From Lingula anatina (lineage: Eukaryota; Animalia; Brachiopoda), in assembly GCA_051362555.1 (NCBI GenBank), contig CM120640.1, positions 5,766,001 to 5,830,000 of the forward strand: a stretch of 64,000 bases of DNA. Direction: 5' to 3'. A model generated the notes under the pieces. That model ran no database searches and was not told the DNA's origin. It saw only the letters and a program-made list of their open reading frames with translations. The position numbers were made by a program, and so were the translations under genes. Position 1 is the stretch's first letter. Every line of letters starts with the position of its first letter. Below, piece by piece: positions 43,301 to 55,458 of this stretch.

Positions 43301-43834
43301 GTATGTATGCATCCCATCCCTGGATTCTAATGCTCCCTCCAACTTACAGACTAGTAGCATGGTTTTAGATAGTTATGTTTGTATGATCAACAGGTTGCCA
43401 TTGTTTTCTACAGGTGCAGGAATATCTTTGCCATGCAGCAGAACCTGAGCAACATCACCTCCTCTAGAGAAGTTGATCTAGACAGAGCGCGCCAGTATTA
43501 TGAACTGCTACATTTAAGCCTCGAGGTGGGCAATTTTTAAATTTAAACATTCTTATTCATAGTAATTTGTGTTTATATAAATACGGATTGTGTCGGTCAA
43601 TACCAAAATAAGGTTAACTTGTGGGACATTGCTTTTATTGGTAATTTATTTATTACTATTATTTTTTAACAGGAGATCTTAACATCTATAGTGGAACAGG
43701 GTCCTCAGTTCTCCGAGTTGGAGTATACCCACATCTTCAGCCTAAGGCAAAGGAGCAGACCAGGAAGTGATCCCAAAGTTTTCAAAGGGAAATTAGACAA
43801 ACTGAAAGAAGTTTTGAGAGAGCATCACGTGTAA
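31309..43834 (+). CDS. EXOC4: Exocyst complex component 4 (Sec8), 28 coding exons
   Basis: Hand-spliced GT-AG exons, all phase-consistent: 31309-31350, 32014-32054, 32281-32369, 32534-32596, 32739-32877, 33101-33189, 33601-33677, 33808-33958, 34222-34373, 34608-34678, 36038-36176, 36387-36461, 36806-36940, 37328-37414, 37585-37669, 37809-37873, 38401-38501, 39942-40015, 40530-40668, ~40901-40982, 41255-41465, 41660-41731, 41930-41958, 42237-42351, 42718-42836, 43065-43160, 43413-43525, 43673-43834. Diagnostic Sec8 motifs: [94 protein letters not shown]. Ends ...VLREHHV-TAA. Confidence 0.97.
33356..33554. mobile_element. MITE, CAG..CTG termini, 5-bp TSD acatt, in EXOC4 intron 6
   Basis: TIR caggcctgtagc / gctacgggcctg. 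acatt lies at 33351-33355 and 33555-33559. C-rich subterminal tract. Confidence 0.75.
34756..35921. mobile_element. Non-autonomous TTAA-targeting DNA transposon (Kolobok-like), 1166 bp, in EXOC4 intron 10
   Basis: ttaa|ggatgtagataacag ... ctgttatctacatcc|ttaa gives a perfect 15-bp TIR and a TTAA TSD. RR..YY termini fit Kolobok rather than piggyBac (CCC..GGG). No ORF. Confidence 0.85.
37921..38164. mobile_element. Short non-autonomous Helentron (HINE/DINE-1-like) in EXOC4 intron 16
   Basis: 5' ttattacctccgccaagg subTIR, then a (gttt)n/gtct microsatellite, the typical ataactcaaaaagt...gattttgatgaaattttcagg core, a 3' ccttggtggtggt subTIR, the hairpin gcactctcggagtgc and a ctagtt end. Confidence 0.8.
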
Positions 43835-45908
43835 CCTTTTGAGGTCTTTAATTTTATTCATCAAACCTTTGGATTTAACTTGAAGAACGCCTTGTATGTG
43901 CTTGATTAAATTTTGCACACCATTTTTATAACTGTCACTTTTTCTGTGCAAGATTGAAATCCTCTTGTCAGATTGGGGCAATTTACGTCTACAGCATACA
44001 AGAAGTGGCGATCCTCAGCTCATATTTGTGGATGTTAAATCTACAGAACTCAACAAGATCAAACAACAAGAATGCATCAAAGTGAAGATCATGGTTACGA
44101 ATAGGCATGCTGTTGCATGGATTTACAATTTTGTTTTACAGTTACTTCATTGTAGGGTTGAAAAAAGTTGCAAATTGTTGTATAATGTGTGCTATCCAGA
44201 ATGATGAAGCCCTTTTTAAGGGCAGAATGTCACTGGAACTGCATTCCTACATGTACCATGTTTCTAGTAGTAAGTTCTACACCATTATCTGTCAGTGTCA
44301 GAACACTGGAGGCTGGTACAGAAAAACATTCTTCCTCATTAGACACTTGGAATGTCATTCAGAACAAAATGACCATAATGACTTTTCTTCTCTTGTTAAT
44401 TAATATTTGTGGTCACGTGTATGTATTTAAGGCATTGCTAGCTCTTTATTTCAATTTTAAAAGTGTACTATGTGAAAAGCCCCTTCACTATTATAAGCTG
44501 AACAGTAACTTTACGGAAAAAAATATGGAATTTGGTTTTATAATAACAAATAAAAAATCAAACAAATACAACTGTCAACATATTTAATGTTTGAACAACT
44601 ATTTTTTGAAAACACATTGCGTCGTATATAGTTTTGTGAGGTTAACCTGAATTCAATGTAGGATAAGCATTAATGCATTTTAACACAACAGATAAAAAAA
44701 AACGTTAAGGGAAGTGCTATACATTTGTACCACTTTTCAAATTACAGAAGTGAACACATATGTAACCCTTACTATATGTATGTAGCTTCATATCTATGTT
44801 TGTACATTACTTACACTTGAAACGTGCAGAATTTCAAAAACCATAATTACAATCAACTAAAATAATTACAAGAAACACACCTACGTTTATTCAATCATTA
44901 GCAAGAATGCTGCTCCCCCCCCCCCCAAAAAAAAAAGTATTGGCACATCTTTTCCATCTCTCTTACCTAATCTCCTGAAATGCAGAAAAGTTTTTTCAGT
45001 ATTTCCCTTCCTCTTAGATAATCACTCAGTTGTACTTTCCTGTTTTATAGGTCTTTTTTTATTTTTAATTTTCTGTTTCGGAAGTCGAGATAATTTTGTG
45101 AATGTGTCTGGAAAGTGCCATATAGAAATCATGAAGGGATGATGCAGCTTTATTTTTAACACATATTTGTACATAATTTACACTTGAAATATGTTTAATT
45201 TTTTGCTTAACGAAAATAATTACAAGAAACTTGTAAGAAACATCATGATTACAACAAAATTTGTATGTATGCAAGTTCAATGATCAATTAAGTTTTTCTT
45301 TTAATGACTAGTATTGACACTTCTTTTCTATATGATACTTTACAAGTTTCCTACCTTCTCTCTTAAAATTTAAGTTTTTTTTCTACGATATCCCTGCCGC
45401 TTGAATGATCATCAAGTCCTTTTCTTAGTTTCCTTTACATTTTTTTCAATTGATGTTGTTTTTCTCTTTTTTTTTTTTTTTTTTTTTAGTAATTTTCTCT
45501 ATAAGATATCTTTCTTATTTCTAATTTTCTGTTGTGAGTGCCCAGGTTATTTTGTAAATCATCTGTCAGGGAAGTGCCATACAGAAGTTATGGAAGGATG
45601 ACGCTTTATATTCTGCACCATTTAGCATGGTAAAATTAATTGCTTAAGCTTCCAGTTAAGCAAACCTCATGCAACATAACTTGGACGGCACAAACAGCAG
45701 CTGCATTTGGGTAGCAGCAGTGGAAAGTCCTTTTTTTTCCAAACACTTGGAATTTTCACATTATCTTCTCTTTCCGTTATTCATCTTGGAAAGACCTCTT
45801 GGAGAAAATGTGAAAAAAAAAAAGATAATATATCAGATTTTGATACATTATCTAAGCTCTTGTTGGTACTTCCCACTTTAACTGAGGGAGACCCAGCATC
45901 ACCTTAGC

Positions 45909-48900
45909 TCAATCACAGCAGACATCAATATGTTCCAACAGTTCAGTGTGTTGTTCAGTTCTGTAAGCTTTTTGGCATTTTGGACACTCTAGAAAGTCTG
46001 AGCTTTGTTTTCCTTGGGGAATGGGACCGTCCACCATGTCAAAACCATCTATTTCATCAAAGCCACCCTCTGGTTCCTGTGTATCATCTTCATCGTCACC
46101 GTCAGCAACCACATTACTGTCCATATATAGGTTACCAGCTCTAGGGTAGTTCCCACCCCGTGCAACTAAACCTTGGTTCTGGAAAAGAAACAAACAGTGC
46201 ATGTTATACTATGATCTTTTTGTTTTATTTTTAAATAATTAATTAATTATTTATTTATTTATCTATTTTTTTTAAGAGTGAAGTGTCTTTTCTTTGAATA
46301 TTACAGTTATTATAGAACTAGTTCATATCTGATTCAGTGCACTGCAAATATCTTCCTTTTACAATACCACATTTTTTACTTTATAATTTGCTTTGGAAAT
46401 GAAAAGCAAAACATCATACAATTTCCTGTATTTAACTGCTTGGTCATTACACAAGACTTGACTGAAAGGGAAATCCACGAATGTATGCAGGAAATGCAAA
46501 GTCACCACTTCCTTTAAACTCATGATTTCCTGTATCATATCACAATTTGGTACAAAAAGATCCAGATTCACAAGAATATACTTACATGTTGGTTATAGTA
46601 TTGTCTTTCATACTCCTGTAAGGCTTCCTGTCGTCTTCTTTGCATGGATGTCATAGCATCTCTTTGAAACATTTCCAACTGCAAAACAGAAAATCAAAAA
46701 TATATACATTTGCACAACACCATACATATACTGCTTATCACTTGACAGCTTTAAATGGAATACACTGTCAGTTTATAAAAACATCTAAAAATTTTAATGA
46801 AATAATATTGACTATAAAACAAATAAAAACCATATACAATCCATATTTTTAAACATTTACAATCATCTAGACAAACAAGAAGCTCACTAACAGCGCACAT
46901 TTACCTGTTGTTTCACAATACGTAATTCATCCTCCAGTTCGTGGACTTTCCCCTGAGCCGTCTCTCTGTCACGCCTTTCTTGTTCAAAGTCATCTTTGAA
47001 GATCTGGATCTGTGTTTTCAGAATGTCGACATCGTCCCCACTCTGTGAGGCCCTGCTGTATTGGGCCTGGTGCTCTAATTCATCAACCCTGGCTGTCAGA
47101 GCTTGCACAGTCTCCCTAAGAGCTACTTTTTCTCTCCTTTCTGCCATCAGCTCTTCCTCCACCTAAAGGTATCATAGAGGATTTAAACCCCACAAATGCA
47201 AATGACAATTGCATTATCAAAAAATAAGGTGGGTTCTCATGCAATACAAAATGCCAGGATTCTTTTGCATGCATCTTAGCAATTCTGGTTTCATAATTAT
47301 AATATAAACACACACACACACCTTCTGCTTCTCATCTTCAGCATTCTGTAGCTTCTGCTTGTACTTCAACAGCATGGCATCAACAGCTTTTTGTTGGTTT
47401 TCTGACATGGCAGCTGTTGGGTCTATGTGCTGGTGCTTTAATCTGGTCTCAAGTTCAGAACAGTCTTGTTGAACCTTTCTTACGTACTGTTCTCTCTGTT
47501 CGTTATAATTCTGCCACCGCTGGTTCATAGAAGCCACCTGCAGATGAGGCACATCCATGATTAGATGGATTAGCATATAAATGTGTGCCCACATATAAAG
47601 TACATTAATTTACTAAATACATTTATTCTATTCCTTGACAAAAACCCAAGTTGCATCCTATTCTAGTCATGTGCGTCACTCCCAATCGCATATCATTAAG
47701 ATGAGTCATAGTCAGAAATAGCATAATTTATATGAAAATGTATTAACAGCGCACAACACAGTATATTTGTTACAACACCACTGAATATCATACTAAAATA
47801 ACATGCTGTATATGATTTGTACAGTGATTTACTTGAGCTGTGTTCATTCCCCCTTCCAGCCAACTCACCTCCTTCAGTTGTGTCTCAAGCTGTGCTATTC
47901 TTCTCTTCAGACTGTCTACGTCAGCATCAATCTGCCCACTTCCACCTGCAAACTGGAGAAAAGAGCAAAAATTGATTTTTGTTGCTTTCATGCGGCCAAT
48001 CATGTTCTACCACGAAACACAATCAATATATGCACATCAGCATGTCAATGCAATGCCCTAGAAAGCACTGCAAGCAAATAACTCTGTATTAACAAAATTT
48101 AAAGAAATATCACACTGAAAAATATACTCACTTCGACACTTCTCTCTAATTTCATGTTTTCCTTTTTTTCCATGAGTAGTTAAAACACAAAATGTTTGCA
48201 GCCGTTTGACATTTTCATCTTATTCAATTTTATCTTGTTTCGTTTTCAAGCATTTACGTCATTCAACTCTTTATAGGCACCGGAAAATCCCAGTGTTGCT
48301 ATTTCGATTCTATTCCCACAAAGCAAGACCTTTTATGGTAATTGCTTGTCAGTTTTCTTACTTCTTGAAAGGTTATTTATTTGACCCTGCTTTAGAAAAT
48401 TTATATCTTTTAACTTAATTAAAAGTCAAAATGTGGTTTCCAAGCACTTGGCACTCTGCCTGTTTACTGTACCATAACAACAATGCTGTAGCACTATAGA
48501 CTAAAATAATTTCAGGTCATCCTCTGATGAGTATTACTAAGGAATGCAGATTTATAAAGTTTTGTATAGAAAAGTATTCTTTATCCCTAGGGCCACTAAG
48601 TAATAGTCACACACACACAGCACTCACCTCCAAAAATAGATGTATGACGCTTTAGAAGTTTATACTGAGAGCTAATTGTCTGCAATTTTGTCCAAGGGAG
48701 GTGCTTTCTTACATTTTTTTCCTTTGAATCACATTAGTTAATAAATTATAAGGGTGTTTTTTTTTCATATTTTCTTTATATTGCAAATCTTACAAACATT
48801 TTATCAAGTTTATTCATCTGATAATCATAAACAAAGTTGGGTCCTTAAACTGGTTTAAAGTTCCTTAAAGATAAGAACAGATAAATCTACAAAGTAAATT

Positions 48901-51708
48901 GTTAGTCTTGGCACTGCCAACCACATTACTAACCACTTTTATTCATATAGATAAACCTACTTCCTGGTTGATGCAGGTAAGTGCGAGGTGAAGCACTTGT
49001 TTTATGCTACCTCCATATAAACTCTACATATAAATTAATTTGTGCTGCTTGTGGTTTCTTACTATATCCCACACCTTGTCTTAATGAAAGTGTAATACCC
49101 ACCCGTATTTTACCTTTCATCTCACATATAACTTTAACATTTTGATGATAAAAACATTTGGCACTTTATATACATTTGTTCCATCCTGCCAATCCTCTTA
49201 TTACAATTTTTTTATGTACTCTCTGGGACTTTTTTTTCTGCATTAACAAGGAAGTATTGCTATTCCCCAATTACTGTAAATTTTAGGTCAAGTGCAAAGG
49301 TGAAAATTATTTTAAAACTTACAGGCTTTCTACAATTTTCCACAGATCTTTCTCTTTCTCCCAGCTGCTGTGCCAAGCGCTGACACTCCTCTGCAGTTTC
49401 CTTCAGCCTCTTTTTTAGGTTATTGGTTTCTTCTGACAGGGACTGACATAAAACATCCTGCGTCAAACTACTATGCTGGATCTCCTGAATCTCAGACGTC
49501 AGCCTGCGGATCAATATATCCTTTTCCTGGGGAGATGCCTCTAAAGATTTTTCAAGGACTTTGATTTGGTTGGAGAGCTCTAAATTTAACTTTTCCAGTT
49601 CTTGGTTTCTCTTCAATAGTTCACGTTTGGCCTGGAAAACAGAGCACAGACAATAAACTTCCGTTCAGATTTTTATTTTTATTTTTCAAATTCACTTATC
49701 TGCTAATATTTCTTTATTTTTATTTCTTTTTTTATTTTTTCTTTTTTATTTTTAAATATGAATAGGAAATGCATACTCTGCTCTGTAAGGTACTATGTAT
49801 TCATCCAATATGGAGAAAACAGTCAAATACTATCCTCAAATATCCCAATATAAAAATGGGGGTACTTGGGGAGACAAGACCCCTCCGCAGTATCATTTTC
49901 CATCAATAACATCCTTTTTCCTCTGCCAAATTTTCCCAATATCCTTATCAAAACTCACACAAGGAAGAATCAAAGAACAGGTACTTTCACCTGTCATTTA
50001 CCAAAAATGGTCGGATGAAAGTGGCAAACAGTTTCAAAGAGAGGGGAATATTATGAGATGCCATGCAGAGGGCATGTGACACTAAATCAGAGCTGTATCT
50101 GGTACCCATGTCGCTACCTGGTTGACAGTATTGTCTGATAACAGTTCAGGACAGGTGACAGGAATTAATAACATAAATGTGACTAAACTAAGTAGATCAT
50201 CATCACATATTAGTTATTGTGTCAATGGGAGGCACTGTGATAAGTCATTATTTATCTTATTGGTCATTATAACAGAGGCATCCCCCTCTAAATACAAATA
50301 TTAAATCAATACTATTGAACCTATATCAGAATATGAATAATGTACAACACAAGTTAATAATTACTCACTGGGGCGGGGTGCAAAGTACAAAGTACAAACT
50401 TATTCAGTGATAAACTGGAGGACAGATAAAATGACCTGTCTTTCAACCTAGTATGTTTCACTAGGCAACTCTGGGTTGTTTAGTCACCATTTATTGTGTA
50501 ATATGCTAATTATGTACTTGTCCCTAAATTCCAAACATTATGATTCCAGAAGGAAACTATTGTTACTACCTGTAGAATACTTATTGACTTACCACAAAAT
50601 TCACGCACAAAAAAAGAGAAAGTTTTTTGAAAATAACACCTGTACAAAAAGGTATTCAAAAATATAATTAAACAGACCTTTATTCTAATGTATACCTGCT
50701 AGAAAATTAAAACAAAAAACAGATGCATTTCCTTCAAAAATTGATTAAAATGGCTATTTTATACCTAAAACAATAATAAAATAATATTTTTAAAAAAATT
50801 CAAACTTACAGTCATTTTGTTTATCTTTCAAACTGTTTTTCTGTTCAAATCTGAGCTATATATAATCTAACGCCAAGCCTAAAAATTTCCACTGATCCTA
50901 TTGGCTGAAACTTGAGCATGACATCTGTTTACTCATTTTTCAAGGTCAGGTGATAAAACACAATGTATATGTGCCTATTCACCTGGGAGTTTCCATTTAC
51001 CTTGTTAAAAGCCTATTCTTGTTGATTATAAAAGCTTTTGAACTGAATAAAAGACATGGTAGCTTGGCTAAATAAACAAATGGTCTATACAGAGAACAAA
51101 AAATTAATTTGAATAAAAAACTGAGAAGTTTCCAAATGGACTTAAATAAATGTTTGCCCAAATTGTATGGAAAAAAATTTTACCCCCTGCAGTCTCTCTT
51201 TCCCAATTTCTGAGACACAAATAATGAGAACAGAAACAAAACATAGAAGAAAAAAGTTACTTACCAGTAGAGCTTCTTCTAATTGTTGTGGATCACAGTT
51301 GGCAAATTTGAGATGCTGCTTTAGTTTTGTGTTTTCCTTTACTAAATTGTCAATCAGTTGTTTTGAAGGTCCAGGAACATATTTTTCATCATTCCCAACC
51401 GTTGTAGAAATAGATGCTCCAAGACTTAACAACCGGCTTTTATAAACGTCCAGTAATCTCTCCTGTAACTGCAACTGCGATGTTAGCTCCTCTATTTCTT
51501 GCCTTGCTTCTCTGTGCAGATCTGAAATTGTTTGGTAGCCTTGTAATTTAATTTGAGCACTTTTCAACTGTTTGTGAAGCTCCTTTACTGTTTCACTCAG
51601 ATGTTGACATTTATTCCTGTAAGAGTCCGTAGATAGATCAATACTAACTTCTGGTGACGGCGATCTCCGACCGTTACTGACGGCTGCTTGAACTTTCGAC
51701 AAAGCCAT
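45909..51708 (-). CDS. TNIP2: TNFAIP3-interacting protein 2 (ABIN-2) ortholog: coiled coil, EABR-like, UBAN, C-terminal zinc finger
   Basis: Exons 51708-51265, 49631-49323, (tentative 48679-48628), ~47945-47868, 47537-47322, 47162-46905, 46678-46586, 46178-45909. Motifs matching human ABIN-2 as I recall it: PSKQLIDNL, DVLCQSLSEETNNLK, MNQRWQNYNEQREQYVR, UBAN QIQIFKDDFEQERRDRETAQ and terminal CPKC...LLEHIDVCCD*. Confidence 0.88.
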
Positions 51709-52049
51709 ATGTTTAATATCCTGTTTAGTCTCTTAGCTATATAGCTTTTCTCCTGAATAAAGAAACGTGTATTCCTTAAATGCGTGATTAGTTATAGTTA
51801 ATATTGATGAGCAATCTGTTAATTATCTGGGTGTGTTTAATGTTTACAATGTTTTTGGTGTAGCAAGGGGGCATGTATTAGTATTGTGTATTGTGTTTTG
51901 TCCTTGTGCGTAAGCAAGTGTTTAATAGAATGTGGCAGTTATCTAGATGCAGGCAAAAAGCGGGTTCAATATCCCAAGCGAAATGTTGAGCTACAAGGTG
52001 ACCTATTTTATATCGTATAAGATTTTCGGTTCGGCCATTTTTAGTAACA

Positions 52050-52300
52050 GCGTTGGAAATTTCACCTTTAAATTTAGATTTCGAAACAGAAATTAACTAA
52101 ATAAATCAATAGTAATGTACCTAAGCACTTACCGGTCGTACTGGAAATTTCCAGAGAGAAGTATCTAATGATGGCTGTCCGCAAAAAGGTTTTGGAAAGT
52201 TCGGTGACGCTCTTCCCGACCAGAAAATTCCCAGCTAAGTGCGCATGCGCATCTCTAAATAAAAACTAGTTGGAATTTCCAAAGGGGATTCCCCTTTCCC
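52050..52300 (-). promoter_or_regulatory. TNIP2 promoter/first non-coding exon with clustered kappaB sites and an NRF1 palindrome
   Basis: GGGGATTCCC 52284-52293, TGGAATTTCC 52271-52280, GGGAATTTTC (minus) 52223-52232, GGAAATTTCC 52143-52152, GGAAATTTCA ~52055, TGCGCATGCGCA 52240-52251. Minus-strand donor CG|GTAAGT at 52133/52132 and acceptor ttattcag at 51753-51754. CpG-rich. Confidence 0.75.
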
Positions 52301-53737
52301 GACCGTTTGCACGACTCCTCCGACGGACCATGGTGTGTAGATCTAAACTGTTTTTAAAGTGTTATTTTAATATTTTCCTCAGAAATACTCCTTCAACTTC
52401 TTCACAAAACGATACCTCAGTAATACACTGTAGATCAACTTTACAATGGGACTTCACGAAAAATTGTGCTTTTACCCAACTTGAGGAGGAATAATAGGCC
52501 TACTGAATATACACCCGGTAGGCCTACCTATAGGTATACCAGACACGTTCATTTGAAAAGAGGTTTTAGATACTTTGTCCCAATATTACATCCCTTTTCA
52601 GGTGTTTCCCCTTACCTAGGAAGTTGTGTACCAGAACAAGCGGTAGGCCTGCCCGAGAATGTCCTCTCCCCAGGGGAGGGGGGAGGGGTTGCCTGGTTGT
52701 AGTTATGTAGGTTGTAGATATGCCCAGTTTTCTTTTCTTCTCACGTGGAATATGATATGTATCACTGAGGTATACCAGGGCCAATTCTCCTGAAATGACC
52801 CATGACTTTACCAACATCACACCCTCAATAATGCGTGTGTTTGCCAAATAAAATTCCCGGTCTGTAAAATGTTTTTGCGTCATCTTATTTTTCATCGTCA
52901 TGCAATTCAAATAGTAGGACATTGTTCCACAGCTAGGTCACGATGTCAAACCGACCAACCGTCTGCTTATTGATAAATTTATCAGTGTAGCTATCAGGGA
53001 TGTATGCTTATTTGTCCATTTTATATAATATTTTATACATGCACAGTGTGTGTGTGAGTGCGTGTGTCCCCTTGGTTGTGTGTTGGGTATAGACTAAGTA
53101 AAAATAAAAAATAAATAAATAAATAAATAAAAACCCGAACTTAAGAATTTCAACATTAATACACTATAATTCCATGAAAATTGGAATAGTGAGTAAAAAA
53201 AACGCACGAAATTCAGCTTTTCAACACCTCTTAAAGCTTGCACTATAATTCAGTGAAATTTTTTGTATTGCGTTGCGGCATTGCTTATCTGAAAACTTCG
53301 TCATTAACTTTTGTAACACCCCTGTTTCACTTAATGCACAAAAAAAAAAAAAAAAAAAAAAAACAGGTTTATAAACAGTCTCGATAACATAACTTTTATT
53401 TCTAAATATTTCTTTTTTCGCAATATGTTCATTACCGGTGTTTCCTCGTCTCTTTATTAATTAATTTATGTCTTTATATTATTTATTCATACATGCATAC
53501 TGTATAGGGGCCTATAGGGCCTACTTAACTTGCTGATTAATTTACCTATTCATTATCATTTTAATTATATATGTATGTATTACTCCCACCATTCATTTAT
53601 TCATATTTTGCTGACAAGTGGACAAAGCCAGATAAGATGGCACTATTTTTACGTCTAAATAATGACTTTCACAGACGTAACAAAAAGGGGGTGGGTCGCT
53701 GTCCAATAAAAAAATATATTCTTCTAGTGACGTCATA

Positions 53738-54964
53738 TCAGGCTATACCGCGGATATCCGTCTCCCCTGTCCATATCCTTTGTATCTGATCCAGTGTCAG
53801 GCTCCTGTCGTAGATCTGTAACTGGAATAAAAAGAAAAGAAAAATAGGCTAAAAATGCCTAAAAATAGAATCCCCCTTTGTTGATTAAACTCAAACCAGG
53901 AACTTATAAACTGTTCTAATGATCGGGGCTTTCTTTAGTTCTCGGAATAATGAATTTTACTTGGGTGTTATTTTCAGTCGTGATATATATGTATATACAG
54001 CGTGATGATTTATATGAAGAAATTTACCGGTAACGGAGAATTATAAAGATTTTATAAACTTGCACCTTCTTATTTAAATGAGCTTGTTTTACACTACGTG
54101 CCATCAAGAAATCTCAGATCAGGTGATCACCTTCTTCTTAAGGCTTATAAGGCAAGATTAGTATCATACGGTGATAAAGCTTTTAAATTTGCAGCACCAA
54201 AAGAATGGAATATTTTACCCATCAGTCTTAGACAAATTGTGGACCCTGGACATTTTAAAAAGGAGCTAAAAACCCACCTTTTTAAACAATATTATCTTTA
54301 AATTCTTGAAAAAAACACTTCTTAAGAAAAACTGTTCTTAGTCATAGTTTTAAATTTTCCCTTTTTTTACCATTTTATATATCCTTTCATCTTATAACCA
54401 TTAGCAATATTTTTCTTTTAATTTGAATTTTATAAGTTTTGTAAAGTCTACTGAACACATGTTGGATTTTAGACTATAGATAAATATTATTATTATTATT
54501 ATTTATTATTATTTGCCGAAAAAGGTAGAAATATTCTTGGATTCACTTACATCGTCTACATGGCCGAGGAAATTTCCCGTTTGGGTGATAGGCTTATCAC
54601 CAGAGGCATTATCAGGGCATTTCAATGCTTTCCCTAAGCTTAGAGGAGCTAAGGTGGACGGTATGTTTCCTGAAAAATTGAAATAAACCGCTAAAATATC
54701 AGATGAATATTTCGGTTATAGGGCCTATTCCTGAAATAGTTGTGCGTATAAGCGATGTCACTTGCAGTTTCGTCATTTGTTTGTTGAATTGTAAACTTGG
54801 GGTTCAAATCAAGCCAAGAAGATCGCTCATAAATCTATTTTGTTTATCATTTGCACATGAAATGAAAGGACCAGAGCAATTTTCTGCAGTCCCATATATG
54901 TTCAGAGTCACTGGCTTCCCTCAACAATTTATGATGCCGTAATCATAATATATATTCTTACTAC

Positions 54965-55007
<43 letters not shown>

Positions 55008-55420
55008 ACGCACCAGGGCTGTACACAGATTGCACTTCTACGTCGTTGTTTTCTCTTCTGACGTACACAGTCAAATTCCTGCCGTTGTAAACAAACACCA
55101 CTCCCAGGTACTCGTTATTTCCAAGCTGAAAAGACGTTTGTCATTAGACCACAGAGTTTCATCAGATGTGTCAGTCATTTCCGTCATTTGAATAAAGTCA
55201 GTTGTCATGTAAAAAATTCGAGTCTAAAACAAGCGAAGACTTTTTTTATAAAAAGTCTGTCATGCGACATCGCTGGATCAAATCCTGGTAAGATCTATTA
55301 AAATTCTAACATAAATGTTACGCCAGTAATAAACTGCAAAATTGCAAATTTATTGAAAAAACACCGAATTCAGAGTACGGTTGTGATACAAGATATTTGG
55401 ATACAGTGTTTTTGAGATCA

Positions 55421-55458
<38 letters not shown>

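Noticed and set aside
52495-53525. Recurrent (T)AGGCCTA palindromes
   Set aside because: Short motif with few copies and no defined structure; chance or a generic genomic bias cannot be excluded.
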